A stretch of DNA of 64,000 nt from assembly GCA_007127745.1 (NCBI GenBank), contig SKYV01000020.1, forward strand, positions 62 through 64,061, given 5' to 3'. A program made the translations under genes and the position numbers. Source of the stretch: Balneolaceae bacterium. GTDB taxonomy: Bacteria > Bacteroidota > Rhodothermia > Balneolales > Balneolaceae. Below the pieces are notes generated by a model. That model had not been told where the DNA came from. It searched no databases and saw nothing but the letters and a program-made list of their open reading frames with translations. Below are positions 39,711 through 49,320 of the stretch, piece by piece (the first letter of the stretch is position 1; the number at the start of each line of letters is the position of its first letter).

Positions 39711-41411
39711 ATGATTCGCAATCTGTTTGAAAAAACAAAAGACAGCATTTTTCGGGGTTCTTCCAAAACCCATAAGGCTGGTTCGGGTTTGTGGAATGTT
39801 CTGACTCTCACAATAGCGCTGTTGGTCAGTATTCCGATATTAACTGTAGCGGCAAATATTTTTATGCCCAGCGGAGATGTCTGGCAACACCTCGCCTCCA
39901 CTGTTCTGCCCGATTATGTAAAAAACTCCATCTGGCTGATGCTTGGTGTAGGAACCGGCGTTTTTATTTTGGGCGTAGGTTCTGCCTGGCTGGTTACCAT
40001 GTGCAGGTTTCCAGGTAGTAAATGGTTCAACTGGTTGCTCATTTTACCGATGGCCGTTCCCGCCTATCTGATGGCCTATACGTACACCGACTTCCTGGCT
40101 TTTACCGGACCCGTTCAAACCATGCTCCGCGATTTTATGGGATGGGAATTTGGTGATTACTGGTTCCCAAATGTTCGATCCCTTGGCGGTGCCATTTTAA
40201 TGATGTCATTCGTCTTCTTTCCATACGTTTACCTGCTCACACGGGCTGCTTTTCTGGAGCAATCGGCATCGCTGCTTGAGGCAAGCAGAAGCCTTGGAGC
40301 AACTCCCCTGGAAAGCTTTTACAAAATTGCACTCCCACTCGCACGGCCTTCCATAGCTGCCGGAATGGCACTGGCCCTGATGGAAACCCTGAATGATTTT
40401 GGAACGGTAGATTACTTCGGGGTTCAGACATTCACCACCGGTATTTACCGTACCTGGTTTGGATTGGGTGAACGTGTGGCTGCGGCTCAACTATCCGGAT
40501 TTTTAATGATTTTTATCCTGTTCCTGATTCTTCTTGAACGGTGGAGCCGAAGCCGGATGAATGTAAAGCAGCAATCAACCGGCAGATATAAACATCTTTT
40601 TGTGTACGAACTTACCGGCTGGAAAGCGTGGGCAAGTACCATTTTTTGTTCCATTCCGGTGCTGATTGGCTTTATATTGCCTGCTGCTATTTTGTTTGAT
40701 ATGATGATTGCCAATTTTGATGCCGCCGTGGATACACGGTTTCTGCAATACAGCCTGAATACAATTCTTGTAGCAATCATAGCCGGATTTGTGGCACTTG
40801 CTGTGGCTCTTGTTATGGCCTACGGAGTTCGGTTAAGTCCCAACTTTTTTACAAAGGCGTCAACCCGAATTGGATCAATGGGCTATGCCATACCCGGTTC
40901 TGTGATTGCAGTCGGAATTCTTATTCCCTTTGGGTGGGCTGATAATATGCTTGATAGCTGGTTTCGTGAGAGTTTTGGAATTTCAACCGGCCTGATTCTG
41001 AGTGGTACCATTTTTGCTTTAATTTTTGCTTATGTGGTCCGTTTTCTCGCTGTTGCTTTTACAACTGTTGAAGCCAGCCTTGGCAAAATCACCCCCCAGA
41101 TGGATGAGGCTGCCGAAGGAATGGGCTACAGTTTTGGTAAAATTCTGGGAAAAATTCACATGCCGATGATGTCCGGGAGCCTGTTTGCCGCCATCATGCT
41201 TGTAATCGTGGATGTGATTAAAGAGCTGCCGGCCACAATTATCGTGAGGCCTTTTAACTTCGATACTCTGGCTGTTCAGGTTTACCGACTTGCCTCAGAT
41301 GAACGGCTTGCTGAATCGTCCGGAGCGGCATTGGCCATTATTCTGGTTGGATTGGTTCCGGTATTCATCCTCAGCAAGTCGATTGCAAAAACCAGGAAGC
41401 AGAAAGAGTAG
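39711..41411 (+). CDS. Fe(III) ABC transporter permease (FutB/FbpB type)
   Basis: Two permease repeats with EAA-like loops (LEASRSLGA, DEAAEGMG), METLNDFGTV and KELPAT...RPFNFDTLA. Confidence 0.92.
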   Translation: MIRNLFEKTKDSIFRGSSKTHKAGSGLWNVLTLTIALLVSIPILTVAANIFMPSGDVWQHLASTVLPDYVKNSIWLMLGVGTGVFILGVGSAWLVTMCRFPGSKWFNWLLILPMAVPAYLMAYTYTDFLAFTGPVQTMLRDFMGWEFGDYWFPNVRSLGGAILMMSFVFFPYVYLLTRAAFLEQSASLLEASRSLGATPLESFYKIALPLARPSIAAGMALALMETLNDFGTVDYFGVQTFTTGIYRTWFGLGERVAAAQLSGFLMIFILFLILLERWSRSRMNVKQQSTGRYKHLFVYELTGWKAWASTIFCSIPVLIGFILPAAILFDMMIANFDAAVDTRFLQYSLNTILVAIIAGFVALAVALVMAYGVRLSPNFFTKASTRIGSMGYAIPGSVIAVGILIPFGWADNMLDSWFRESFGISTGLILSGTIFALIFAYVVRFLAVAFTTVEASLGKITPQMDEAAEGMGYSFGKILGKIHMPMMSGSLFAAIMLVIVDVIKELPATIIVRPFNFDTLAVQVYRLASDERLAESSGAALAIILVGLVPVFILSKSIAKTRKQKE

Positions 41412-41470
41412 TTTTTGCTTTTATATCAAGAGCACAAACGAGACGTTTGCGCTATCCTTATTCTTAAAAC

Positions 41471-41818
41471 CTACTCAGATATCTGCTCTTCTAAAGAAAA
41501 TATTTTTTTCATCGGAACCCATTTTTGGCCCTGTTTTGAGAATGGCAGGTGCTGCTGGTATTTGTCCATCAAAGCTTCCCACTCCTGCACTTTCGGATTA
41601 TTTCGGTCAGCTTCTGCTTTTGCGTCAGGATCAAAATCATTGCTCGTTTCCATAATCATGAAAAGACGGGTTTCAACATTATAAATTTCCATCTCAATGA
41701 TACCGGAATCCCTGATGCTTTTTAACACTTCAGGCCAAACCTTCTGATGATATTCGATGTACTTTTGAATCAGTTTCGGATCGTCTTTCAGATCAAGTGC
41801 GAAGCAGTATCGTTTCAT
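41471..41818 (-). CDS. L-rhamnose/L-fucose mutarotase family protein
   Basis: MKRYCFALDLKDD..LI..Y..YH..VWPE, GI..MEIY and VQEWE.LM. The ATG at 41818 overlaps the fucP stop (ATGA). Confidence 0.9.
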   Translation of the reverse strand: MKRYCFALDLKDDPKLIQKYIEYHQKVWPEVLKSIRDSGIIEMEIYNVETRLFMIMETSNDFDPDAKAEADRNNPKVQEWEALMDKYQQHLPFSKQGQKWVPMKKIFSLEEQISE

Positions 41819-43074
41819 TGTTCGTTCTGTTTGAGATTCGTATATCCGTATGAAGCAACAACAAGGAAACATGCCATTGGCACAAAAAATGAGAGGTGAA
41901 TGCTTTGTGTGAGATCGGATACCTGCCCTTGTATTGCAGTTAAAGCAGCCCCACCGAGAATTGCCATAATCAATCCTGATCCGGCAACTTTACGATCTTT
42001 TCCAAGTCCTTCAGAGGCCAGGCCGAATATTGTCGGAAACATTAAAGACATGCAACCTGAAATACCTACCAGAGCAAATGCACCGATGAATCCTCCGGCA
42101 AAGATCACAAAAAACAACAACAATACGGCTGTAAATGAGCTGTAAATCAACAAAACTGACCCACGGTATTTTTTCAGTAAACCGGTAAACACAAATCTGG
42201 CAATGGTAAACAAAATAAGAGCTGCCAAATAGTAGTTAGCTGCACCGCTTTCATTTAAATCCAGTTCCACCATGATGTACCGGATGGTGTAAGACCAAAC
42301 ACCGATTTGCGCACCCACATAAAAAAACTGGGCCACAACTCCCCATTTATAATTGGAATTGCCGAGCAGCTTTTGGAAGGTCGCTTTCAGGTTAATGCTT
42401 TCATTTGTTGAAGAAGCAGCCGGCATTTTCATCACGGCGATAGTGATCCAGACGACAGCCAATATTAAAGCAACGCCTACATACGGTCCCATCACAGCAT
42501 TCAGTTCCTGTTGCTGAATCATCTGCAGTTCGTCGGGACTCAGGCCTGCCCGCACGGTTGCATCGGCAATATTCAAATGGCTGAGAATAAAAAACTGGCT
42601 CAAAAGCACTCCGGTAATGGAACCGATTGGATTAAATGCCTGTGCAAGGTTAAGCCGCTGAACACTGGTTTTTTCTGAGCCCATGGCCAAAATGTATGGA
42701 TTGGCCGTAGTTTCAAGTACAGACAAACCACCGGCAAGAATAAAAAGAGCAGCCAGAAAGTGACCGTAAACCATCGTTTGGCTGGCGGGATAAAATAAAA
42801 GAGCACCGGTAATGAAAAAACCCAGACCCAGCAACAGCCCCGATTTGTAACTGAATTTTCTAATAAAAAGTGCGGCAGGAAGAGCAAGGCAAAAGTAAGA
42901 ACCGTAAAAGGCAACCTGAATGAGCGATGTTTGAAAATCACTCATGCTCATGATACGCCTGAAGGCCGCCAGCAGGGTGTCTGTCATGTTATTGGCCAAT
43001 CCCCACAAGAAAAACATACTGGTAACCAGAATAAACGGAATCAGGTATTTTTTTTCGACAACCGGTGTGTTCAT
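41815..43074 (-). CDS. fucP: L-fucose:H+ symporter (MFS)
   Basis: FFLWGLANNMTD, AFYGSYF, LETTANPY, QRLNLAQAFNP.G, SLMFPTIF and MAILGGA. Confidence 0.92.
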   Translation of the reverse strand: MNTPVVEKKYLIPFILVTSMFFLWGLANNMTDTLLAAFRRIMSMSDFQTSLIQVAFYGSYFCLALPAALFIRKFSYKSGLLLGLGFFITGALLFYPASQTMVYGHFLAALFILAGGLSVLETTANPYILAMGSEKTSVQRLNLAQAFNPIGSITGVLLSQFFILSHLNIADATVRAGLSPDELQMIQQQELNAVMGPYVGVALILAVVWITIAVMKMPAASSTNESINLKATFQKLLGNSNYKWGVVAQFFYVGAQIGVWSYTIRYIMVELDLNESGAANYYLAALILFTIARFVFTGLLKKYRGSVLLIYSSFTAVLLLFFVIFAGGFIGAFALVGISGCMSLMFPTIFGLASEGLGKDRKVAGSGLIMAILGGAALTAIQGQVSDLTQSIHLSFFVPMACFLVVASYGYTNLKQNEQ

Positions 43075-43195
43075 GAGCAGTTAGTTATGAATTGATGAAA
43101 ATTGGGGTTGTTTCCTTTTTAATCAATATGTCCACATAAATCGGGTAGTTTTTATCGGAAATATTTACTGTTAATTTTACTCAAAATTATTATTT

Positions 43196-43981
43196 CTATT
43201 CGTTATAAGCCCTGTCTAAATGCACATAACCGCCATCTATAACGAACCATTGCCCCGTAGTATGAGCACTTCGTTTGCTGAGGAGAAATACCGTGGTAGC
43301 AGCAATTTCTTCCGAAGTTGTCATACGTTTTCCAAGAGGAATACGGCTCTCAATTTCAGCAAGGCTTCGCTCAGAGTCATCGAAAGAGTCGATCCATCGC
43401 CGGTATTGCGGCGTCATCACTTCGGCCGGGACAATTGCGTTCACACGTATCTCATATTTTGCAAGTTCCACGGCCCACTCGCGGGTGAGTGCCAGTTGCG
43501 CCCCTTTACTGGCTGCATAACCGGAGGTGCCCCCCTGACCGGTCAGCGCTGTTTTAGAACTGATATTCACGATAGCTCCTTTCGATTCTTTGAGATGCGG
43601 AAGGGCGAAATACACAAGGTCATAATAATGCATCAAATTGGTATCTACCGATTTTCTGAACCGTTCGGGGGTTCCTTCTTCGAGTCCGGCACCATCATTC
43701 ACACCTGCATTGTTTACCACCCCGTGAATTTCACCGAAGGCATCCACTGTTTGCTGGACCGCCTTTTCGCACACCGATGCTTCCGACAAATCAGCGATAA
43801 TGTTCAGACAATTCCCGCCTTCATCCTTAATTTTCTTTTCCAAATCCAGGCTCTCTTTTTTTGATCGCCCGAGAATGACGGGAATGGCCCCTTCGTTTGC
43901 CAATTCCAGCACAATTGCCTCACCGATTCCTTTTGCTCCTCCGGTTACGATAAAAACTTTATTCTTCAGATGCAGATCCAT
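43196..43981 (-). CDS. SDR oxidoreductase, probable L-fucose dehydrogenase
   Basis: TGGAKGIG, VNNAGVND, YAASK and LTREWA, in fucose-cluster context. Confidence 0.85.
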   Translation of the reverse strand: MDLHLKNKVFIVTGGAKGIGEAIVLELANEGAIPVILGRSKKESLDLEKKIKDEGGNCLNIIADLSEASVCEKAVQQTVDAFGEIHGVVNNAGVNDGAGLEEGTPERFRKSVDTNLMHYYDLVYFALPHLKESKGAIVNISSKTALTGQGGTSGYAASKGAQLALTREWAVELAKYEIRVNAIVPAEVMTPQYRRWIDSFDDSERSLAEIESRIPLGKRMTTSEEIAATTVFLLSKRSAHTTGQWFVIDGGYVHLDRAYNE

Positions 43982-44012
43982 AATTGTTTCTCAATTTAAA
44001 TAATGTTGTACC

Positions 44013-44150
44013 AAACAACCTGGCAGAGTACGTATCCCGATGAGAATCGGGAGGAGTTCCTGCCAGAGTTGTGTTTCAAGGGAATACCCGTCAGACTGCT
44101 TTAAGCGGTCAGACGGATAACACCAAAGGCACAAGCGGACGCTTGCGCCA
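44013..44150. repeat. Cluster of three REP-like palindromes
   Basis: Nested stem ctggcag..tcccga/tcggga..ctgccag (44020-44066); 29-nt near-palindrome ccgtcagactgcttTaagcggtcagacgg (44088-44116); ggcacaagc-ggac-gcttgcgcc (44128-44149). Confidence 0.7.
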
Positions 44151-44160
44151 GTATCATAAT

Positions 44161-44988
44161 TTAATCCAGGTTATAGAATTTTTTTGCAGTCTTTCCCATA
44201 ATTGCATCATATTCGGTTTGACTCAGCCCATCAGCAAATTCTTCAACTAAGCCGATTACTTCCTCATACTCTGCGGCAAGCAGACAAACCGGCCAGTCCG
44301 AGCCGATCATCAGCCTGTCTGCACCAAAAAGTTCAAGGCAGGTATCGAGATATGGAGTGAAATCAACCTTCTTCCAATTTTCCCGATCGGCTTCGGTTAC
44401 CATTCCGGATAGTTTTACGTGAACGTTTGGAAATTCTGCCAGCTTCTTCATTCCAACAGCCCAATCATCAAACGATTTGTTTTTGATGTCGGGTTTGGCA
44501 AGATGATCGATCACCAGATTGATGTCCGGCAGAGATTGAACAAATTTGATGCACTCCTCAAGCTGACGTTCAACTACAAGAATATCATAAGTGAACCGGG
44601 TTTTCAGAAGTTTTTTCACACCTTCAAGAAATCTCTTATTAGTCATAAATCCATCAGGCTCGGCCTGAATGATGTGGCGGAATCCCTTCAATTTGGGATG
44701 ATTTGAAAAAGCGTCCAGCCGTTCATCAAGATCCGGTGCTGTAAAATCAATCCATCCTACCACACCTTTAATGAAATCGTGCTGATCGGCAAGGTTCAGC
44801 AGAAATCGGGTTTCATCTTCCGACTGATCTGCCTGCACAATCACACAGCCATCAAAACCTGAACTCTCCAGCAGGGGTTTCAGGTCATTCGGCATAAAAT
44901 CGTTTTGTAAAACCTGCATGGTATCGTCAATCCAGGCGTCACGTACGGGATCAAACTGCCAAAAATGTTGGTGTGCATCGATCTTCAT
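44161..44988 (-). CDS. Amidohydrolase family, probable L-fucono-1,5-lactonase
   Basis: IDAHQHFW, KGFRH, VIDHLAKP, KLSG.VTE and GSDWPV. Confidence 0.88.
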   Translation of the reverse strand: MKIDAHQHFWQFDPVRDAWIDDTMQVLQNDFMPNDLKPLLESSGFDGCVIVQADQSEDETRFLLNLADQHDFIKGVVGWIDFTAPDLDERLDAFSNHPKLKGFRHIIQAEPDGFMTNKRFLEGVKKLLKTRFTYDILVVERQLEECIKFVQSLPDINLVIDHLAKPDIKNKSFDDWAVGMKKLAEFPNVHVKLSGMVTEADRENWKKVDFTPYLDTCLELFGADRLMIGSDWPVCLLAAEYEEVIGLVEEFADGLSQTEYDAIMGKTAKKFYNLD

Positions 44989-45006
44989 AAACTCCGGTAA
45001 ACAGAT

Positions 45007-45861
45007 TTACTTTTTATGCTGATAAGCAACGGCTTCCTGCTTCGATTCGCCTAATCCTTCAATTCCGAGTTCCATTACATCACCCGGTTTGAGGTATCTG
45101 GGCGGATCAAATCCGAGGCCGACACCTTCGGGTGTTCCTGTTGAGATTACATCGCCCGGCATCAGGCTCATAAACCGAGAGAGATAACTGATCACCTGAG
45201 GGATGTTAAAAATAAAGTCACTCGTGTTTCCATCCTGGAGCATTTCACCATTTAACTTCAGCCATAATCGCAAGTTGTGCGGATCAGGTACTTCATCTTT
45301 TGTAACCAGCCACGGCCCCAGCGGCGCAAACGTATCACAGCTTTTTCCTTTTACCCACTGACCGCCGCGTTCGAGCTGAAATTCCCGCTCGCTCACATCG
45401 TTGTGAATGGCATACCCGGCTACATAATCCATCGCTTTAGCTTCGCTCACATAATTTGCCCGCTTTCCAATGACAACTGCAAGTTCAACTTCCCAGTCGG
45501 TTTTTTTACTGTCTTTCGGGATGATGACCGGATCAAACGGTCCGCTGAGTGATGAAGATGCTTTGAAAAAAATGACCGGCTCTTCCGGAATTCCCATTCC
45601 GCTCTCTTCAGCATGTTTTTGATAATTCAATCCGATGCATATAATTTTTCCCGGCTTTGAAACAGCCGGACCGATTCGTTCATCGTCATCAACCACAAAT
45701 GCTTGTTCAGGATTAAAATCGGATTTCAGTTTTTCAATGCCGTTATTTTCAAAAAATGATTCGTCAAAATCTTCAAAGAGATGGCTGACACTGTACTTTC
45801 CACCTTCCCACTCCATACCAGGTTTTTCTTTCCCCGGTTTACCATATCTGAATAATTTCAT
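45007..45861 (-). CDS. Fumarylacetoacetate hydrolase family, probable 2,4-diketo-3-deoxy-L-fuconate hydrolase
   Basis: KIICIGLNY..H, EPVIFFK, DWEVELAVVIG, NDVSER, KGKSCDTFAP.GP and GDVISTGTP.GVG. Confidence 0.9.
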   Translation of the reverse strand: MKLFRYGKPGKEKPGMEWEGGKYSVSHLFEDFDESFFENNGIEKLKSDFNPEQAFVVDDDERIGPAVSKPGKIICIGLNYQKHAEESGMGIPEEPVIFFKASSSLSGPFDPVIIPKDSKKTDWEVELAVVIGKRANYVSEAKAMDYVAGYAIHNDVSEREFQLERGGQWVKGKSCDTFAPLGPWLVTKDEVPDPHNLRLWLKLNGEMLQDGNTSDFIFNIPQVISYLSRFMSLMPGDVISTGTPEGVGLGFDPPRYLKPGDVMELGIEGLGESKQEAVAYQHKK

Positions 45862-45904
45862 TGTTAGTTAGATTTTTAATATTGCTTGTAACTGATATTA
45901 ATTT

Positions 45905-45999
45905 AAAGACTTCCGAAGTCTTTCATATTCCTAATCAAAACATAATCCTCAAGTAAGGATATAGGTTTTTGCAAATCCCAGGAAGATTTCGGAAGTCTT
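45905..45999. repeat. Inverted pair of 17-19 bp palindromic REP-like units
   Basis: aaagacttc-c-gaagtcttt (45905-45923) and aagatttc-g-gaagtctt (45983-45999). The second is the reverse complement of the first at 16/17 positions, with a 59-nt spacer. Confidence 0.7.
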
Positions 46000-46026
46000 G
46001 TTCATGTAAATGTAAAGGTAAAATTT

Positions 46027-46773
46027 TTAGTTATTCAAATGAATAAAACCGCCGTCTATCGGAAAATCGGTTCCCGTAATAAAACCGGCTTTCCCTGAAC
46101 ACAAATAGAGAGCAAGGTTAGCCACTTCTTCGGGTTTGGCCATACGGCCAATGGGCTGGGTTTTAGAAAGTTTTTCAAACATTTCCTGTTCTTCTCCGGG
46201 ATAGTTTTGTGCAAGAAAACCATCTACAAAAGGTGTATGTACACGGGCCGGTGAGATGGAATTACAGCGAACTCCATCATCGATATAATCTTTGGCCACG
46301 GAGTAGGTCATCGTGAGAACCGCGCCTTTGGTCATCGAATAGGCAAATCGATCGGGTATTCCAACATGCGAAACAATTGACGCCATATTTACAATCGCAC
46401 CGCGGCTTTTTTTCAGTGCCTCGATGGATGCTTTCATACAATTGTACACTCCTTTTACATTTACTTGATAAAGCCTGTCCAGGTCTTCCTCAGAGGTATT
46501 TTCGATATTTCCAACGTGGGCAATTCCAGCATTATTGACCAGGATATCAAGCTGTCCGGACCGGGTGATTTTTCCGATTACTTCTTGAACCTGTTTTTGA
46601 TCGGAAACATCACATTGATGAATCTCAATTTTTCCTTCGAGGTCGATCTGTACGTCGTCTTTAACTTCAAGAACATGAACTTTGGCACCATTTTCGGCAA
46701 AAACTTTTGTGATGGCCAGACCGATTCCACTGGCTCCACCCGTTAAAATGGCTGTTTTATTTTTTAACTCCAT
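46027..46773 (-). CDS. SDR oxidoreductase, probable 2-keto-3-deoxy-L-fuconate dehydrogenase
   Basis: TGGASGIG, VNNAG, RFAYSMTKGA, RCNSISPARVHTPFV and QPIGRM. Confidence 0.87.
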   Translation of the reverse strand: MELKNKTAILTGGASGIGLAITKVFAENGAKVHVLEVKDDVQIDLEGKIEIHQCDVSDQKQVQEVIGKITRSGQLDILVNNAGIAHVGNIENTSEEDLDRLYQVNVKGVYNCMKASIEALKKSRGAIVNMASIVSHVGIPDRFAYSMTKGAVLTMTYSVAKDYIDDGVRCNSISPARVHTPFVDGFLAQNYPGEEQEMFEKLSKTQPIGRMAKPEEVANLALYLCSGKAGFITGTDFPIDGGFIHLNN

Positions 46774-46785
46774 AATTTTCTTTTG

Positions 46786-48093
46786 TTAGTCAGTATTTAA
46801 TGTTTGCCAAACGCGGCCTCCCGGAAATTCATAATCACTCAGTGATTCTTCTTTCATTTCGATGCTGTAGCCCGGCATTTCCGGCGGCATGTATGCTCCT
46901 TTATTGATGACTACCGGATCGAGAAAATGCTCGTGCAGATGATCCACATACTCAATGACCCGGTTTTCCATCGTGCCGCTGATTGCAATGTAATCAATCA
47001 TGGACAGATGTTGTACGTACTCGCAAAGCCCCACCCCGCCGGCGTGCGGACAGACCGGAATACCAAATTTGGCGGCCAACATCATAATGGCAAGATTTTC
47101 GTTCACCCCTCCCACTCTGCAGCTATCGATCTGGCAAATTTCCAGTGCCCCGGCTTGCATCAACTGTTTGAAAATGACCCGGTTCTGGCAATGCTCGCCG
47201 GTTGCCACTTTGATCGGGGCAACGGCTTTGGCAATTTTTGCATGCCCGAGAATATCATCCGGGCTGGTGGGCTCCTCAATCCACCAGGGATTAAATTCTG
47301 CAAGCGATTTCATATTTTTGATGGCTTCATTCACATCCCATTTTTGATTGGCGTCCATCATCAGAGTCATATCTTCACCAATTTCATCCCGGATTACGCG
47401 GGCTCTTCTCACATCATCCTGCAGATTACTACCTACTTTCATTTTCAGATGCCGGAATCCCTCGCTTTTTGCCTCTCTGCACAATCGGCGTACTTTTTCA
47501 TCAGAATAGCCAAGCCAGCCGGCTGAGGTTGTATATGCCGGATATCCGTTCTGTTTGAGTCGACCAATCCGCTCTTGTTTGGATGGTTCCAGTATTTTCA
47601 GCATTTCGGTAGCTTCTTCTGGTGTGATGGCATCCGTGATGTAGGAAAAATCCACGCATCGCACCAACTCTTCGGGGCTCATATCTGCTAAAAGTTTCCA
47701 GAGTGGTTTTTTTTCGGATTTGGCGTAGAGATCCCAAACCGCATTTACAATGGCCCCAGTTGCCAGGTGGATCACCCCTTTTTCGGGTCCAAGCCACCGG
47801 AGCTGGCTATCTCCCGTCATCATTCGCCAGAACGCACCCATATCTTGCGTGAGGCTGCCCAGAGATTTTCCGACCAGCAAATACTCCATCGATTTAATGG
47901 CCTGTGCGCAAATTTCATTTCCGCGGCCAATAGTGAAAGTAAGTCCATGCCCCTCGAGTGTTGAGTCTGTTTTCAGTATTACGTAAGCCGCCGAGTAGTC
48001 CGGATCCGGATTCATGGCATCTGACCCGTCGAGAGTCTGGCTGGTTGGAAATCGAATATCTTTTACAAGTAGGTGGGTTATTTTCAGGTCCAT
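46786..48093 (-). CDS. fucD: L-fuconate dehydratase (enolase superfamily)
   Basis: DIRFPTS..LDGSDAMNPDPDYS, WLGPEKGVIH, KMKVG, DANQ.W, WIEEPTSPDD, GEHCQN and PHAGGVGL. Start taken at ATG 48093. Confidence 0.95.
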   Translation of the reverse strand: MDLKITHLLVKDIRFPTSQTLDGSDAMNPDPDYSAAYVILKTDSTLEGHGLTFTIGRGNEICAQAIKSMEYLLVGKSLGSLTQDMGAFWRMMTGDSQLRWLGPEKGVIHLATGAIVNAVWDLYAKSEKKPLWKLLADMSPEELVRCVDFSYITDAITPEEATEMLKILEPSKQERIGRLKQNGYPAYTTSAGWLGYSDEKVRRLCREAKSEGFRHLKMKVGSNLQDDVRRARVIRDEIGEDMTLMMDANQKWDVNEAIKNMKSLAEFNPWWIEEPTSPDDILGHAKIAKAVAPIKVATGEHCQNRVIFKQLMQAGALEICQIDSCRVGGVNENLAIMMLAAKFGIPVCPHAGGVGLCEYVQHLSMIDYIAISGTMENRVIEYVDHLHEHFLDPVVINKGAYMPPEMPGYSIEMKEESLSDYEFPGGRVWQTLNTD

Positions 48094-48270
48094 CTGCAGT
48101 TTTATTTTCAATATCGCATTATTCATGAAAAGTATAAAACGGAAAACCCAGCCGGCTGATGTGCTCTGCAAAGCCTACTCCTGAAGTTACCTCAACAAAT
48201 GTAAATAGTCCTCTTGCGGGAGTATATCAGATGACGTAGAGTGAAGGAGCTGAAAATGATTGTGTTCGGT

Positions 48271-49284
48271 TTATCTCCAGCCAACCCTGTCCATCATACG
48301 AATTGCACGCGGGTTGTTTTCGCCGTACATGGCCACATTCATTTTATCACTGTCATATCGGCCAAAATCATACAGTACTTCGGATAACTCAATCCCTTCC
48401 AAAACCGGAAATTCATTATTGGCGACAGTAAAAATTTCCTGGGCTTCTTTTGTGGCAAGAAACTCTAAAAACCGGATGGCATTCTCCCGGTTTGGAGAAT
48501 TTGCAGCGACTCCTGCTCCGCTGATGTTTACATGAGCACCGCCATACTCTTGCGCAGGGAAATAAATATCAACTCTTGAGGCAACTTCCTGATCCTGTTC
48601 TGAATTGGAATTGATTAAACGCGCAAGGTAGTAATGATTGGCAAGAGCCACATCACACAAACCGGCTGCTACTGCACGTATCTGGTCGGTATCTCCGCCT
48701 TGCGGAGTACGTGCAAAATTGCTTACCAGATTTGCTGCCCAATCTTCAGTGGCTTCTTCGCCGTGGGATTCTATCAGCGATGCCACAAGCGATTGATTGT
48801 AGATATTGTTGGATGATCTCACACAAAGGCGTCCTTCCCATTCATCATTGGCAAGTTCCCAATAACCCTGAAGCTCATCCGGATTAACGGTTTCCCGGTT
48901 GTAAATGATTGCCCGAACCCGTTGTGAGAGTCCAACCCAATATCGTTCGGGATCAATCATATCCTCCTCAATGGTATTGGTCAAAATTTCGGATTCAAAC
49001 GGCTGTAAAACATTGGCTTCCTTAGCGCGCCAGAGTCTTCCAGCGTCAACAGTGATTACAATATCAGCCGGACTGTTAACCCCTTCATTCCGGATTCTTT
49101 CAATCAGTTCATCGCTCGACCCCTCTATCAGATTAACCTGAATTCCCGTTTGTTCAGTAAATAGATCATAAAGCTGCAAATCTGTGTCGTAATGTCTTGA
49201 TGAATAGATATTAACAGCATCTTGCTGTGTGCAGGATAAGAGAAAAAGAAATGCAAAAAAGATTGAGAAAATAATGCGTGTCAT
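48271..49284 (-). CDS. Fe(III) ABC transporter substrate-binding lipoprotein (FutA/FbpA type)
   Basis: Lipobox LLSC, IYSSRHY, SPAD..ITVDAGRL, RSSNNIYNQSL, GGDTDQ, NHYY and HVNISGAG. Confidence 0.93.
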   Translation of the reverse strand: MTRIIFSIFFAFLFLLSCTQQDAVNIYSSRHYDTDLQLYDLFTEQTGIQVNLIEGSSDELIERIRNEGVNSPADIVITVDAGRLWRAKEANVLQPFESEILTNTIEEDMIDPERYWVGLSQRVRAIIYNRETVNPDELQGYWELANDEWEGRLCVRSSNNIYNQSLVASLIESHGEEATEDWAANLVSNFARTPQGGDTDQIRAVAAGLCDVALANHYYLARLINSNSEQDQEVASRVDIYFPAQEYGGAHVNISGAGVAANSPNRENAIRFLEFLATKEAQEIFTVANNEFPVLEGIELSEVLYDFGRYDSDKMNVAMYGENNPRAIRMMDRVGWR

Positions 49285-49320
49285 GTAAATGTGTTTTTTT
49301 CTGAAGGGAATTAATGCTTA

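Noticed and set aside
43220-43864. 214-aa plus-strand ORF
   Set aside because: Antisense shadow of the SDR gene; such shadows are common opposite SDRs.
44013-45999. CRISPR array or IS ends
   Set aside because: The palindromes are not regularly spaced direct repeats, and no cas or transposase gene is present in the window.
46927-47526. 199-aa plus-strand ORF
   Set aside because: Antisense shadow of the highly conserved fuconate dehydratase.
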